Shown: positions 26,901 to 34,727 of the stretch, in pieces
Position numbering within the stretch: the stretch's first letter is position 1
Layout: every line of letters starts with the position of its first letter
IMG/VR virus record: IMGVR_UViG_3300037067_001811
Location: 28,306 to 92,305 of that record
From: a virus
Lineage: Duplodnaviria; Caudoviricetes
Reading direction: 5' to 3' (one strand)
Length of the DNA: 64,000 nucleotides
Notes under the pieces: model-generated
Databases searched by the model: none
What the model was told of the DNA's origin: nothing
Seen by the model: the letters and a program-made list of their open reading frames with translations, nothing else
Position numbers and translations under genes: made by a program

Positions 26901-28174
26901 AGAAGCAACTTGAGTTCCCTGAGGGTCAACGTAAGGAGAAGCCTCCTGCTATCACTCTATCGACTGTTCACTGCTCTCCCCCTGATGAGTTGATTCTAAC
27001 TACAGATGGGTGGTTTCCAATTGGGAAATTGGACCCCAATAAGCATCGATTAGCTTCTTACCAGAAGAGTTGTAATCAACTCTTCTGGGGGAAGGGTACT
27101 TCTGGGTATGGTTTCAAGATAGGGCACCGTCCGTATAATGGTACTATCCTTACTCTAATTACAGATCAGAGTAAGACAAGGGTAACCCCAGACCATAGGG
27201 TTATTGCACAGTTCTCAGACACTTTCTTTGAGAAGTATGTTGTCTACCTTATGAGGAGGGGCAGTTGGTGGAGAGTTGGTCACTGTGTCTCGGGTCATAA
27301 GCCATACAAGTCAGGTGGGGTGTCAGGTAGATTAGGTACTGAACAAGCTGACTCAGGGTGGATTCTGAAGGTTTGTGAGACAAAAGAAGAAGCAATACAA
27401 GCTGAAGCTGTGATTCAAGGCACCTATGGGATCTTAGGGGTAACTTTTGAGGCAGCTAAGAGTAGAACCCTGACTTCAACTCAACTTCATCAGATACACA
27501 ATTCAGTACGGGATGTTGTGTACCCGAGGGTACTAAGGTTACTTGCGGACTTTGGTTTAGATGAGAACTCCCCACTTTACATAAGGGATAACCAAGGAGA
27601 GCCCCGTAGTACCCTTCAGGGGATGTTTGTAACCAAAGCAAGTAACTTATTGTCTGATTATATGCTTGTTCCGGCCCCTAGCGCTGACTTTATTCAGCGT
27701 AAGGGTTCAGCTGAGCAGAATAGGAAGCCCAACTTACTACCTGTTAAAGTCTCTAGGGAGCCTTACAGGGGTGAAGTATACTCGCTAGATGTACAGCCTC
27801 ATCACTTCTATGTTAGCGGTGGGATTGTAGTACATAATTCCGTCAAGGGTGCTCAGTGGAAGAATGTAACTGTGGTGATGCCTAAGGGGTTGTTCCCGAT
27901 GGAGCGAAAACCAAGGCCGGATGAGCCACCTCCGGATCCAATCATGGTTGCAGCTCAAATGAAGGCCGAGAGGAATCTGGCTTACGTAGCTTTGACGAGA
28001 GCTGCTGTGAATCTGGAGATCACTTGTCCAAAGGGTATCAGTCCATTTGTGTTTGAAGCAGGATTGATGATCGGTGAGAACGTACCAAAGCCTGGTATGG
28101 ACCAGCAAGAAGAGATCAAGGAGGCCTCTACTCTCTTAGGAGAGTGGGAGATGGCCTACCCGGAGGAGTTCTAA
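23936..28174 (+). CDS. uvrD: UvrD/PcrA/Rep-family SF1A DNA helicase with long N-terminal extension and an intein
   Basis: AGAGSGKST, ILVDEAQD, VGDEKQAIYQFRGA, NYRC, AVLARTN, STVH|SVKG, ERNLAYVALTRA; AGGA RBS favours ATG 23936. Confidence 0.93.
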   Translation: MLTKNTPRVAVDEADDVEVGEFQVAEYIIFLLALDTYERYAEESSGVDDTEDVLIKKGLRILRMADSQIDAYREFLESHLTKPGQIAMLRKAMNLKVFNPAGAARRALHFRTILTRGGTATVKGILANPKYVRQVKQAIAASMLDDADKALDVFAAIPLLNIRMRDWIDDAAKQAGSGESAPLPVDNASNEIGASDEITKAGIQEVAAVGSEAIQDEQNSRSLMLAKVEENATKAAVKSLEINKKTDAPPKKSEVVGIATAAAVAAISDPTLLQNIPVPLQGLDAEQRAAALTGGRVRVAAGAGSGKSTTLIARIEYLIKDLKVNPARIMACSFNKKAADELKEKIAGKVGSDGSSGVQVGTMHALFAKLIVGTRDTPGFGNQEEQAMLRPPRLIAPPKKGYRSISPVSLSQTIRNMWVECGADAIASRYGYSKEWVAEPPKAKKAGLLLNAWRGNDISLDEAKKSVTSKAEAQAAVWYDMYLGLKGDTPGWKPPCSSSKPYSNFMFKNRKGNERLGDLDDMLKIIRDILKRDPKAKQVIQGMFDHILVDEAQDLNTVQHQVFGMLSEHIPQDSKDKSIWMVGDEKQAIYQFRGAKPELFQGLDEGWTVRNIRTNYRCQPEIVEAANNLIDHDSDGTVVASQSDPRKDRGRASIQVNLPESNVEAAIDTIGRYSKDIDEGAATENFAVLARTNAELNDFETACIINEIPYVRRGGKGFLEAPESRALLGYIDLAMGNDYEKMKGSLVAILTKPDRGLFLGHEAVEEAVSEALDTLARRERVDVKSVRPDTLLEPRYLPMLADCLKRSHRLKIIDSAKGDTRKGEYIYQKKVEELGANLRGIAPSLRDLRAYIEEGHPTEDLLNHVLDSMTSTVASWDFGSKSTVMTTTTLREQITNDISIFADDDDDEEDEETKEAPVEGEEGLAPAPEKPKEPKGLGAVQFLFELSKPNQHDQENATDPSTSQGYVKKLARYSKLADTLRIDPDKWAKKQLEFPEGQRKEKPPAITLSTVHCSPPDELILTTDGWFPIGKLDPNKHRLASYQKSCNQLFWGKGTSGYGFKIGHRPYNGTILTLITDQSKTRVTPDHRVIAQFSDTFFEKYVVYLMRRGSWWRVGHCVSGHKPYKSGGVSGRLGTEQADSGWILKVCETKEEAIQAEAVIQGTYGILGVTFEAAKSRTLTSTQLHQIHNSVRDVVYPRVLRLLADFGLDENSPLYIRDNQGEPRSTLQGMFVTKASNLLSDYMLVPAPSADFIQRKGSAEQNRKPNLLPVKVSREPYRGEVYSLDVQPHHFYVSGGIVVHNSVKGAQWKNVTVVMPKGLFPMERKPRPDEPPPDPIMVAAQMKAERNLAYVALTRAAVNLEITCPKGISPFVFEAGLMIGENVPKPGMDQQEEIKEASTLLGEWEMAYPEEF
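26972..27838 (+). mobile_element. intein (289 aa) in helicase motif V
   Basis: Begins CSPPDELILT, block B VTPDHRV, ends VYSLDV....YVSGGIVVHN followed by Ser; removal restores STVHSVKG. Confidence 0.93.
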
Positions 28175-28177
28175 GTC

Positions 28178-29086
28178 ATGGCCGCTACCTATACTGAGGT
28201 GACTCTACCTGAAATGGAGACCTTCCTCAAGAGAGGGTTCCGAGCTCTTCGCCCCAAGCAAGGGTTATACAAAGGGGAGATCTGCTTTGATCTCTTAGTG
28301 AGCCCTACTGTTAGCATCAAAGTACTCACCTCTATTAGACGAAGTGGGGCCCCTACTGGGGTTGGAGAGGATGCCATCAGGGTAATGTTCTGGGGGGTTA
28401 AGGTCGATCGGACGTTAGTTGCTGGGAAAGCACCTATTGTGAAGCGGACTCAGAACTGGAGGAACTCCCTTCAGGACAAGATTGAAGACTACCTTGAGCT
28501 CTATGAGGAGAAGTCTGAGTACTGGGATGTTCGAGGTGCTCAAGAGCCCGGTTCTAAGGGCCCCCCTTGCACCGAAAAACAGGTTAACTTCATCCTAGGG
28601 ATGGCTTCTCGAGCTTCAGAAGATCTCTGGGAGAGCACTGAGCTCTCATGGCCCCCGGATAGGGAAGAGGTTGCAAGACTAACCTCTAAGGAAGCCAGTA
28701 AGGTCATTGAGGTCCTACTGGCAGCAGGGTTAGGACGCAGGTACGCTACTGTGGCAATAACTGAGCTCCCAAGCTTCGAAGTAGCGACTGCTAGTACAAT
28801 AGATGAGCTAGCTAGTCAGTTGGAGAATGATCTTCGAGGGAACAAGGATGCTCATGATATAGTGGTCGGGAGGGAAGAGGCCTTATACCGAGCTCACGTT
28901 CAAGCAGTCCTCAAGTACGGTTGTGAGGGTGGTTGTGAGGGTGGTTGTGAGGGTGGTTGTGAGGGTGGTTGTGAGGGTGGTTGTGATAAGACCGAGAGTA
29001 AGTGTGAGGGTACTTGCGGAGGTACTTGTGATTGCAAGAAGGCAGAGGCAGAAACGTATAGCTACGACTTTACTGGGCCGGTGTAG
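28178..29086 (+). CDS. hypothetical mosaic protein with Cys/Gly-rich C-terminus
   Basis: Globular N-domain, TEKQ...LTSKEASxxIExL hairpin, segment homologous to ORF 33420, (GCEG)5 tail. Confidence 0.7.
   Translation: MAATYTEVTLPEMETFLKRGFRALRPKQGLYKGEICFDLLVSPTVSIKVLTSIRRSGAPTGVGEDAIRVMFWGVKVDRTLVAGKAPIVKRTQNWRNSLQDKIEDYLELYEEKSEYWDVRGAQEPGSKGPPCTEKQVNFILGMASRASEDLWESTELSWPPDREEVARLTSKEASKVIEVLLAAGLGRRYATVAITELPSFEVATASTIDELASQLENDLRGNKDAHDIVVGREEALYRAHVQAVLKYGCEGGCEGGCEGGCEGGCEGGCDKTESKCEGTCGGTCDCKKAEAETYSYDFTGPV
28919..28986 (+). repeat. 12-bp tandem repeat GGTTGTGAGGGT x5 plus partial copy
   Basis: Five perfect copies read directly; encodes GCEG repeats. Confidence 0.95.
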
Positions 29087-29095
29087 TCTTCCTCG

Positions 29096-29941
29096 ATGAG
29101 TGAGCTTCAGTTTCAGGTTACCGTTGACCCTGGTCACCCTTCAGTGGTCGATAGTGCCATCTGCTTTGAGACTGGAGCCCGAGTAGACCAATTGGTGCCA
29201 GGGGTCTATGAGCACCATGGGGTGGGCTTTGACGCTAGCTCACCTGGTGCGCTGCCTAAGTTCTTTGAGGATCTGATCTGTGGTACTCCTTTCCCTCTGA
29301 ACTTTGCTACGCATGGGGTTCGAGGTCCCGATACGGTTTTAGCTATCACCTTGTTCATGCATCGAGATCTCGCATTGAACCCGGCGACCCTTGGTCTCGT
29401 GTATGGAGTGGACCTAGTGCATAGGCTAGGACCTTCTATGTTATCACACTTGGACCCCACAATATCTGGGTTCTTGAGGTCTTTCAATAGGTTCTTCCCA
29501 GAGAAGCTGTCTAAGCTTGAGCGTGGGGAGCGTATTGCAACCGCGGTTCAATGGATCAGGGAGTATCTAGTTGACGGGAGAATACCAAGCCTAGGGGGGC
29601 AGCTCCCTGATGTTCGAGTGATAGACATAGGGACCAATGGGTTTGTACTTGCGGAGACGCTCAATCCCTCTGTTGAGGCTTGGGAGGTCCTATACCGGAG
29701 AGGTTTCCTCCGAGGGTTACTCATAGGACCCGAGGTGGATGGATCACGACCTGTTTTGGCGTCACGAAAGAATGTTCGAGCATGGTCGACCCTCCCTCAG
29801 TGTATTCCGTTCTTAAATGATCTTGACTCTATTTCCGGGGGTGATCCGGAATGGCGTCAAGAAGGGGATAATCTGAGATCACCCTCTGTAGGCACTAAGA
29901 TCCTAGTATCCCACCTGTTAGAAGTGTTTTTGAGATTCTAA
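29096..29941 (+). CDS. hypothetical protein, possibly divergent DHH-like phosphoesterase fold
   Basis: YEHH and ATH....DTVLA motifs; weak resemblance only. Confidence 0.6.
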   Translation: MSELQFQVTVDPGHPSVVDSAICFETGARVDQLVPGVYEHHGVGFDASSPGALPKFFEDLICGTPFPLNFATHGVRGPDTVLAITLFMHRDLALNPATLGLVYGVDLVHRLGPSMLSHLDPTISGFLRSFNRFFPEKLSKLERGERIATAVQWIREYLVDGRIPSLGGQLPDVRVIDIGTNGFVLAETLNPSVEAWEVLYRRGFLRGLLIGPEVDGSRPVLASRKNVRAWSTLPQCIPFLNDLDSISGGDPEWRQEGDNLRSPSVGTKILVSHLLEVFLRF

Positions 29942-29947
29942 CTAGTT

Positions 29948-30118
29948 GTGAACTCACTGTTGGTACGCACCCTCCCTGTTGACACCCTAGTAGACTTGGA
30001 AGACCCTGATATCCCTCGGTCACCTCCAATGCCTAACTTCCAACGGGAGAGGGATACCATCCCCTGTCCACCACCTTCTCATGTGGAGGGGTACCTGGAA
30101 GAGGATTCGCTATCGTGA
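29948..30118 (+). CDS. small Pro/acidic-rich hypothetical protein (56 aa), below ORF-track cutoff
   Basis: GTG...TGA fills the gap exactly: MNSLLVRTLPVDTLVDLEDPDIPRSPPMPNFQRERDTIPCPPPSHVEGYLEEDSLS. Confidence 0.45.
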   Translation: MNSLLVRTLPVDTLVDLEDPDIPRSPPMPNFQRERDTIPCPPPSHVEGYLEEDSLS

Positions 30119-30146
30119 ATCTTGTTGTAGGCCTTCTTCTTAGTAG

Positions 30147-31331
30147 ATGGCTAAGCTGGTCACGGTCGCAACCGATGGATTTCGAGACTACGTTTCCCTT
30201 CCAGGGGGGCGTCAGATCAATCTCGGATCAATATCGGTATTGAAGTTGGTCACCTCCTTAGTGAAGGGGGTCAACCCTTGTCGACGAGCTTTGAACGCCT
30301 TCCTAAAAAATAGGCAAGTAGTCATCTCGGTGGACCTAGAGGAATTGGAAGACCTACTGAAGCCGAAGAGGTCTCGATGGGCCTGCCATGATGATCTGTT
30401 TATCCCAAATGGTTTTCGTCAACTTGTTAGAGGCACTAGCATGAACCCAGAGACATCCCAAGCTGAAGCGATCAACCAGAAGATTGCAGCAATCGAAGAG
30501 GGGTTAGACCTTCTTGATAAAGCTGCAACTGAACATGCTAGTGAGGGTGAGGTTGCTGGCTTAGTTGCCTCCTTATCTAGTTTGGTCTCCGATTTAGGCA
30601 GTGATTCTATTGAGAAGACTGCTGCTGTTGATAAGGACTTGATGCAGGAGTTGCTCCTTTTCATGGAGAATGAAGACTCCATCTTCAACCAGAAGGAAAG
30701 CATCATCAAGAACATCATGCGCAAGAAGAAGCGTGGTGTTTATGATCCTTCCCTTGCCCCCAAGCTTTGGCTGTACTGGGTTGATAACGGAGCGGTAGCT
30801 TACGTTAAGAAGGGGGGCATCAATACCCCGGGGAAGAAGTACTTCCCTATTGAACTCCGTAGGGCATTGGCAGAGCAGATTGCCAAGAGTGAAGAGAAGA
30901 TGATTGAGGATGGTGATTACAGCTCAATCAAGGTAGCTGGGGATGAGCAGGATCAGGGTCAAGTTGATCAGGTCCAGGGAAAAGAAGCTGGTGAGGACAA
31001 GGATGAAGGCGAGGACAAGAAGAAGTCCCTACCCCCTTGGTTAGAGAAGAAGGAAGCTTCTACCCCTGTTTACTACAAGCTCGCTGCTGCGGATGTACCT
31101 GTTATCAACGAAGCCCTTGCCCATTCGGTCATGGCTAAGATCGATCTAGCTCTTGGAGTGGTAGATACCAGCACCAAGAAGAACGCTCATCTGGCTAAGA
31201 GTGACCTGAATAAGATTAGCAGCCAGCTTTCAACGCTTATTACAGGTGCGGATCTTGGAGACCCGACTCTCTGTACTCCTCTCAAGGAGTTGGCCGTGAT
31301 GGCCGATAAGATTCACACACATTTCAGCTGA
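30147..31331 (+). CDS. multi-module hypothetical protein (possible internal head protein)
   Basis: Contains ELLLFMEN...IIKNI.RKKKRGVYD...APKLW.Y.VD.GA..Y cassette bounded by KTAA and KVAG; possible internal start at 30441. Confidence 0.7.
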   Translation: MAKLVTVATDGFRDYVSLPGGRQINLGSISVLKLVTSLVKGVNPCRRALNAFLKNRQVVISVDLEELEDLLKPKRSRWACHDDLFIPNGFRQLVRGTSMNPETSQAEAINQKIAAIEEGLDLLDKAATEHASEGEVAGLVASLSSLVSDLGSDSIEKTAAVDKDLMQELLLFMENEDSIFNQKESIIKNIMRKKKRGVYDPSLAPKLWLYWVDNGAVAYVKKGGINTPGKKYFPIELRRALAEQIAKSEEKMIEDGDYSSIKVAGDEQDQGQVDQVQGKEAGEDKDEGEDKKKSLPPWLEKKEASTPVYYKLAAADVPVINEALAHSVMAKIDLALGVVDTSTKKNAHLAKSDLNKISSQLSTLITGADLGDPTLCTPLKELAVMADKIHTHFS

Positions 31332-31369
31332 CCTGTGCAGTAATTGGAAACTAAGGACGGAGTTTAACA

Positions 31370-32095
31370 ATGGGATCTCCTCGAGAACTTGACACTTTCA
31401 TCTACCGCATGGGTACTGCTCCTAACACTAGGGTTGCAGTTTCGCAAAAAAACAAGGTATTTTCTTACATGGTAGGCAAAAACAAGTTCCAACAGATCGG
31501 TGTGGTCTCGGAATTTGGATTTGATGAGTCCAGGACCATTGATCCGGTGCGTGGGGTTGGTTTTGGTGACATGGTGGCCGAATTGGTCCCTGGTGTCACT
31601 GAGCCGATGACTCTCACGCTTAACAGGACCCTCCTGTACACCGTGAACATCTTCCAGACGTTGGGTTACAAGGGTGGCGTGGAGGGCCTAGTCAGGTCTC
31701 TTCGACACCACAGGTGGCCCTTTGACATCAAGCAAGAGCTGGTCTTCAGTGAGATCAGTTCCAAGGAGGATATCAGTGGTGTGCCACTGGCTCCGAAGAA
31801 GGCCACTACTCAGCCGCAGGGTGTCAACAACATCTACGCCTCTGAGATCAAAGCCCTCTTCACCTTCTTTGAGGGTTGCTGGTTGAACAGCTACTCCGCT
31901 TCGTTCACCTCGGATTCAGCTATCGTAGCAGAGAACAGCTCTGTAACTGTAACTGACATCATTGATGGTGTTTCGAATTACGGAGAGTTCATTGACTCCG
32001 GTCTATCTCCTGCTGGTGGTGGTTCTGCTGGTGCTGGTTACTCACTCCGCTTTGCGGGTGGTACTCAGCCGGCTACCAACGTCACTGGAGCGTAG
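31370..32095 (+). CDS. tail tube protein
   Basis: IG....F...ESR.I..VRG.G.GD...ELVP......LTL.RT.LY...PFDIKQ...FEGCW...YS......AIVAEN..V.V.DI; precedes chaperones and tape measure. Confidence 0.85.
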   Translation: MGSPRELDTFIYRMGTAPNTRVAVSQKNKVFSYMVGKNKFQQIGVVSEFGFDESRTIDPVRGVGFGDMVAELVPGVTEPMTLTLNRTLLYTVNIFQTLGYKGGVEGLVRSLRHHRWPFDIKQELVFSEISSKEDISGVPLAPKKATTQPQGVNNIYASEIKALFTFFEGCWLNSYSASFTSDSAIVAENSSVTVTDIIDGVSNYGEFIDSGLSPAGGGSAGAGYSLRFAGGTQPATNVTGA

Positions 32096-32102
32096 TGTAG
32101 AG

Positions 32103-32128
32103 GAGGCCCCCTAATCAACGGGGGCCTC
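32103..32128 (+). terminator. GC-rich hairpin GAGGCCCCC-taatcaac-GGGGGCCTC (no U-tract)
   Basis: Perfect 9-bp stem right after tube gene stop; same core as 1290-1311. Confidence 0.55.
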
Positions 32129-32316
32129 AGATGAGATTGGACAAGCGGCATCGGATGTAAATGAAGATCACTTAGATCAGATCCAGATTATTTCCCCTCG
32201 GACTCCCTCACCGGAGCAAAGATTAGAACACCGAGACGGAATGTAGATGTACACTCACTGCTCTGCCGTACCCGCGAAGTCCTTCTCACACCATATTTCT
32301 GTTGAAAGGGTGCGAG

Positions 32317-33414
32317 ATGGCAAAGAGATTACAAGCGAAGAAGATCACAGAAGCGCTCCAGAAAGCTCAGAGGGTTGGTGAGGTTGAAGAGCGTTTTTCT
32401 ATATCAGGGTGTGAGGTTGTACTTAGAAGCCTCACCCCTGAGGAGTTTGAGTCGGTAATCACAGAGACTGAGGATCTTGACGAGGGTTTACCGTACATTA
32501 ATTCATTCAAGAAGGGTCACATCTGTCGGTCCTTGGTTGAGGTGAATGGGGAAAGCCTTCGTGAGTATGACTTTGTTGATGTAGAGGTTGAGTCTACCGA
32601 CATAGCTACCAAGCAAGTCACTCAGAAGGTTGTAGCCCTAGAGCGGCATAGGTTTGTGCTGGAGTACATCCTAGCAACTTGGTCTCGTGAGGCTATTGAC
32701 GTATCCTACCGTAAGTTCCTGGACCTAACCTCCAAGTCAGAGGCTGAGGCAGCGAAGGGGGTAGAGTTTACGCTTCCCGATGAGACCCCAGAGGAGAAAT
32801 ACCGTCGTCTGCTAATAGAGACGAAGGAGATTGAAGCCCAAATCCCCATAGAGTTAGCAACTCGCATCCTAGATGAAGTTGGTTATATGACCAAGTCTTC
32901 CAAGGAGGAGTTGGATCACGTAGATCAGGTACTCTCAAAGGTGGCAGAGGACACCTCTGATGAGCTCCAGGAAGAGCTTCAGAGGGAGCCTGTTCCAGTG
33001 GAGGCTCCTGCCTCAAGCACGGACCTGAGGTCTATGCTGCAGAGTAGGGTGCCTTTGAATCAGAGGTCGGTAGCTATCCCTGTACCAGTACCTCAACCGG
33101 TGATGACTCAAACACCAGATCCTCAACCAGCACCTCGAGTGGTTTCTGGGCCAGCGCTTCCGATCACCCCAGAGGTGAGAAGGAGGGCTCAGGAGATTAG
33201 TGCTCTTGAGTTCGGGATGGGTCTCGACTCGATGGACCCTGGGCCAGCTCTTCAGGGAGGTACCAGCTACACAGTACCCCCTCACCTTTCAGAGGGAGCT
33301 CAATTGCTTTCCGAGCCGGCGGTTAGGGTTGACCCTAACGGAGTCAATACTATTCTGGACCAACCTCCAGCAGTAGGGATAAACCCACGGTACAAGCCCC
33401 AACCTAAGTACTGA
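32317..33414 (+). CDS. putative tail assembly chaperone with Pro-rich C-terminus
   Basis: Between tube and tape measure; VVLRSLTPEE...ICRSLVEVNG pattern. Confidence 0.6.
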   Translation: MAKRLQAKKITEALQKAQRVGEVEERFSISGCEVVLRSLTPEEFESVITETEDLDEGLPYINSFKKGHICRSLVEVNGESLREYDFVDVEVESTDIATKQVTQKVVALERHRFVLEYILATWSREAIDVSYRKFLDLTSKSEAEAAKGVEFTLPDETPEEKYRRLLIETKEIEAQIPIELATRILDEVGYMTKSSKEELDHVDQVLSKVAEDTSDELQEELQREPVPVEAPASSTDLRSMLQSRVPLNQRSVAIPVPVPQPVMTQTPDPQPAPRVVSGPALPITPEVRRRAQEISALEFGMGLDSMDPGPALQGGTSYTVPPHLSEGAQLLSEPAVRVDPNGVNTILDQPPAVGINPRYKPQPKY

Positions 33415-33419
33415 AGGGT

Positions 33420-34724
33420 ATGGCAAGCCCGACCCTCAATGACCGAATCAATCAGATTGTAGAGGGTACCGAGGAAGACCTCGCCTCTCTTGAAGTGGAT
33501 CCGGAAGACATCCGGATCTCAACTCCGAGGGAGCCCGAGGTCAACCCTGAGATCTATAGGGACGTAGAGAGTCTTCTCTTCAGAGGCTTTCTGATCCTCC
33601 CGGCTACAATCAATGGTGCGCAGTTCATCTTTAAGTCGATGAACCACCATGAGTTTGAGTACTTGAGTTGGGTCTCTGGTGGCACAGCTACTGGTAAGAC
33701 CATCGATAGGTACTACAGTTCATTCATCTCTTACGGGGTGTTCATGATTGACGGTCAGAACATTCTGCCTAACCGAGAGCAATGGATACCTCAAATTGAG
33801 GAAGCTTTTGAAAGCTTCTCTCCTCAGGTGAAATCCAAGATCATTCGGTACTTGTCCGAAGTGAATCAGAAAGCCTCTAATGCGATATCTCTGACGGAGG
33901 CTTTCTGTATTGAGCAAGTGTCTCGGTTCAAGTGGGCTCAGTACAAGAACTTGGATCTCATGCGGTCTTCTTGTACTGGGGTTGAGGGTAGCGAGAAGCT
34001 AGGGCTTAATTATGCTCAATTAGTATGGAGAGCCCTGAATCACTATGAAGACCTTAGGGATACTGCGGAGAGGGAGTGGGATAACGCTAAGTTCATTGGG
34101 TCATGCTTCGCAGGAAAAGAGATCAAGAAGGTCTATAGTCAGGATAAGGACCGACGTCAGAAAGAGCGTGAGGAGAAGCTGAAGAGAAGAGACCAACTTA
34201 TCCGTCAGGTAGTCCTCAGGGAGAAGCCAGGGGAAGCTGAGAATAAGGGTCGTTACAGCATGACGGTGGCTAGGACTACAGAAGAGCTAGCTAGTCAGCT
34301 TGAGAAGGATCTTCGTGGTGAGAAAGACTGGCATGACCAGATAGTTGCAGCTGAGGAAGCCAGGATTAAGGCTCAGATCAAAGATCGTCAAGTAAAGCTC
34401 CAGACTCTCATGAAGGATAAGAACCAAGAAGGCGTTCTTCCTTACATGGCTTCCACTAGTTTGGAAGGTCTTTCCCACGAGGAAGTGCAAGAACGGATCA
34501 CTAGGAAGAAGCAACTTCAAGCTCAGCAATCAGCATCTCGTATGGTTTTCCCGGAGATGCAGGATGAGAGGTTTGAGGGTTTTCTTCAGAAGTATGTGGA
34601 TCCTGACGACACTACTTATCAGGGGACTGGAGTGAGGTCTACACTTGGTGTGACCGACCGTGACGCCTCAGAGATTCAACCTCTGCCTCCGCCGAGACCT
34701 AGAGCAACCCCATTTCGAAAGTAA
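33420..34724 (+). CDS. putative second tail assembly chaperone
   Basis: Immediately upstream of tape measure; LNYAQLVW motif and charged coiled coil. Confidence 0.55.
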   Translation: MASPTLNDRINQIVEGTEEDLASLEVDPEDIRISTPREPEVNPEIYRDVESLLFRGFLILPATINGAQFIFKSMNHHEFEYLSWVSGGTATGKTIDRYYSSFISYGVFMIDGQNILPNREQWIPQIEEAFESFSPQVKSKIIRYLSEVNQKASNAISLTEAFCIEQVSRFKWAQYKNLDLMRSSCTGVEGSEKLGLNYAQLVWRALNHYEDLRDTAEREWDNAKFIGSCFAGKEIKKVYSQDKDRRQKEREEKLKRRDQLIRQVVLREKPGEAENKGRYSMTVARTTEELASQLEKDLRGEKDWHDQIVAAEEARIKAQIKDRQVKLQTLMKDKNQEGVLPYMASTSLEGLSHEEVQERITRKKQLQAQQSASRMVFPEMQDERFEGFLQKYVDPDDTTYQGTGVRSTLGVTDRDASEIQPLPPPRPRATPFRK

Positions 34725-34727
34725 GCC

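Noticed and set aside
28919-28986. Possible CRISPR array
   Set aside because: Head-to-tail 12-bp units with no spacers; in-frame coding VNTR
32317-34724. Programmed frameshift between tail chaperone genes
   Set aside because: No clear XXXYYYZ slippery site at the end of the first ORF; second ORF has its own ATG 6 nt after the stop
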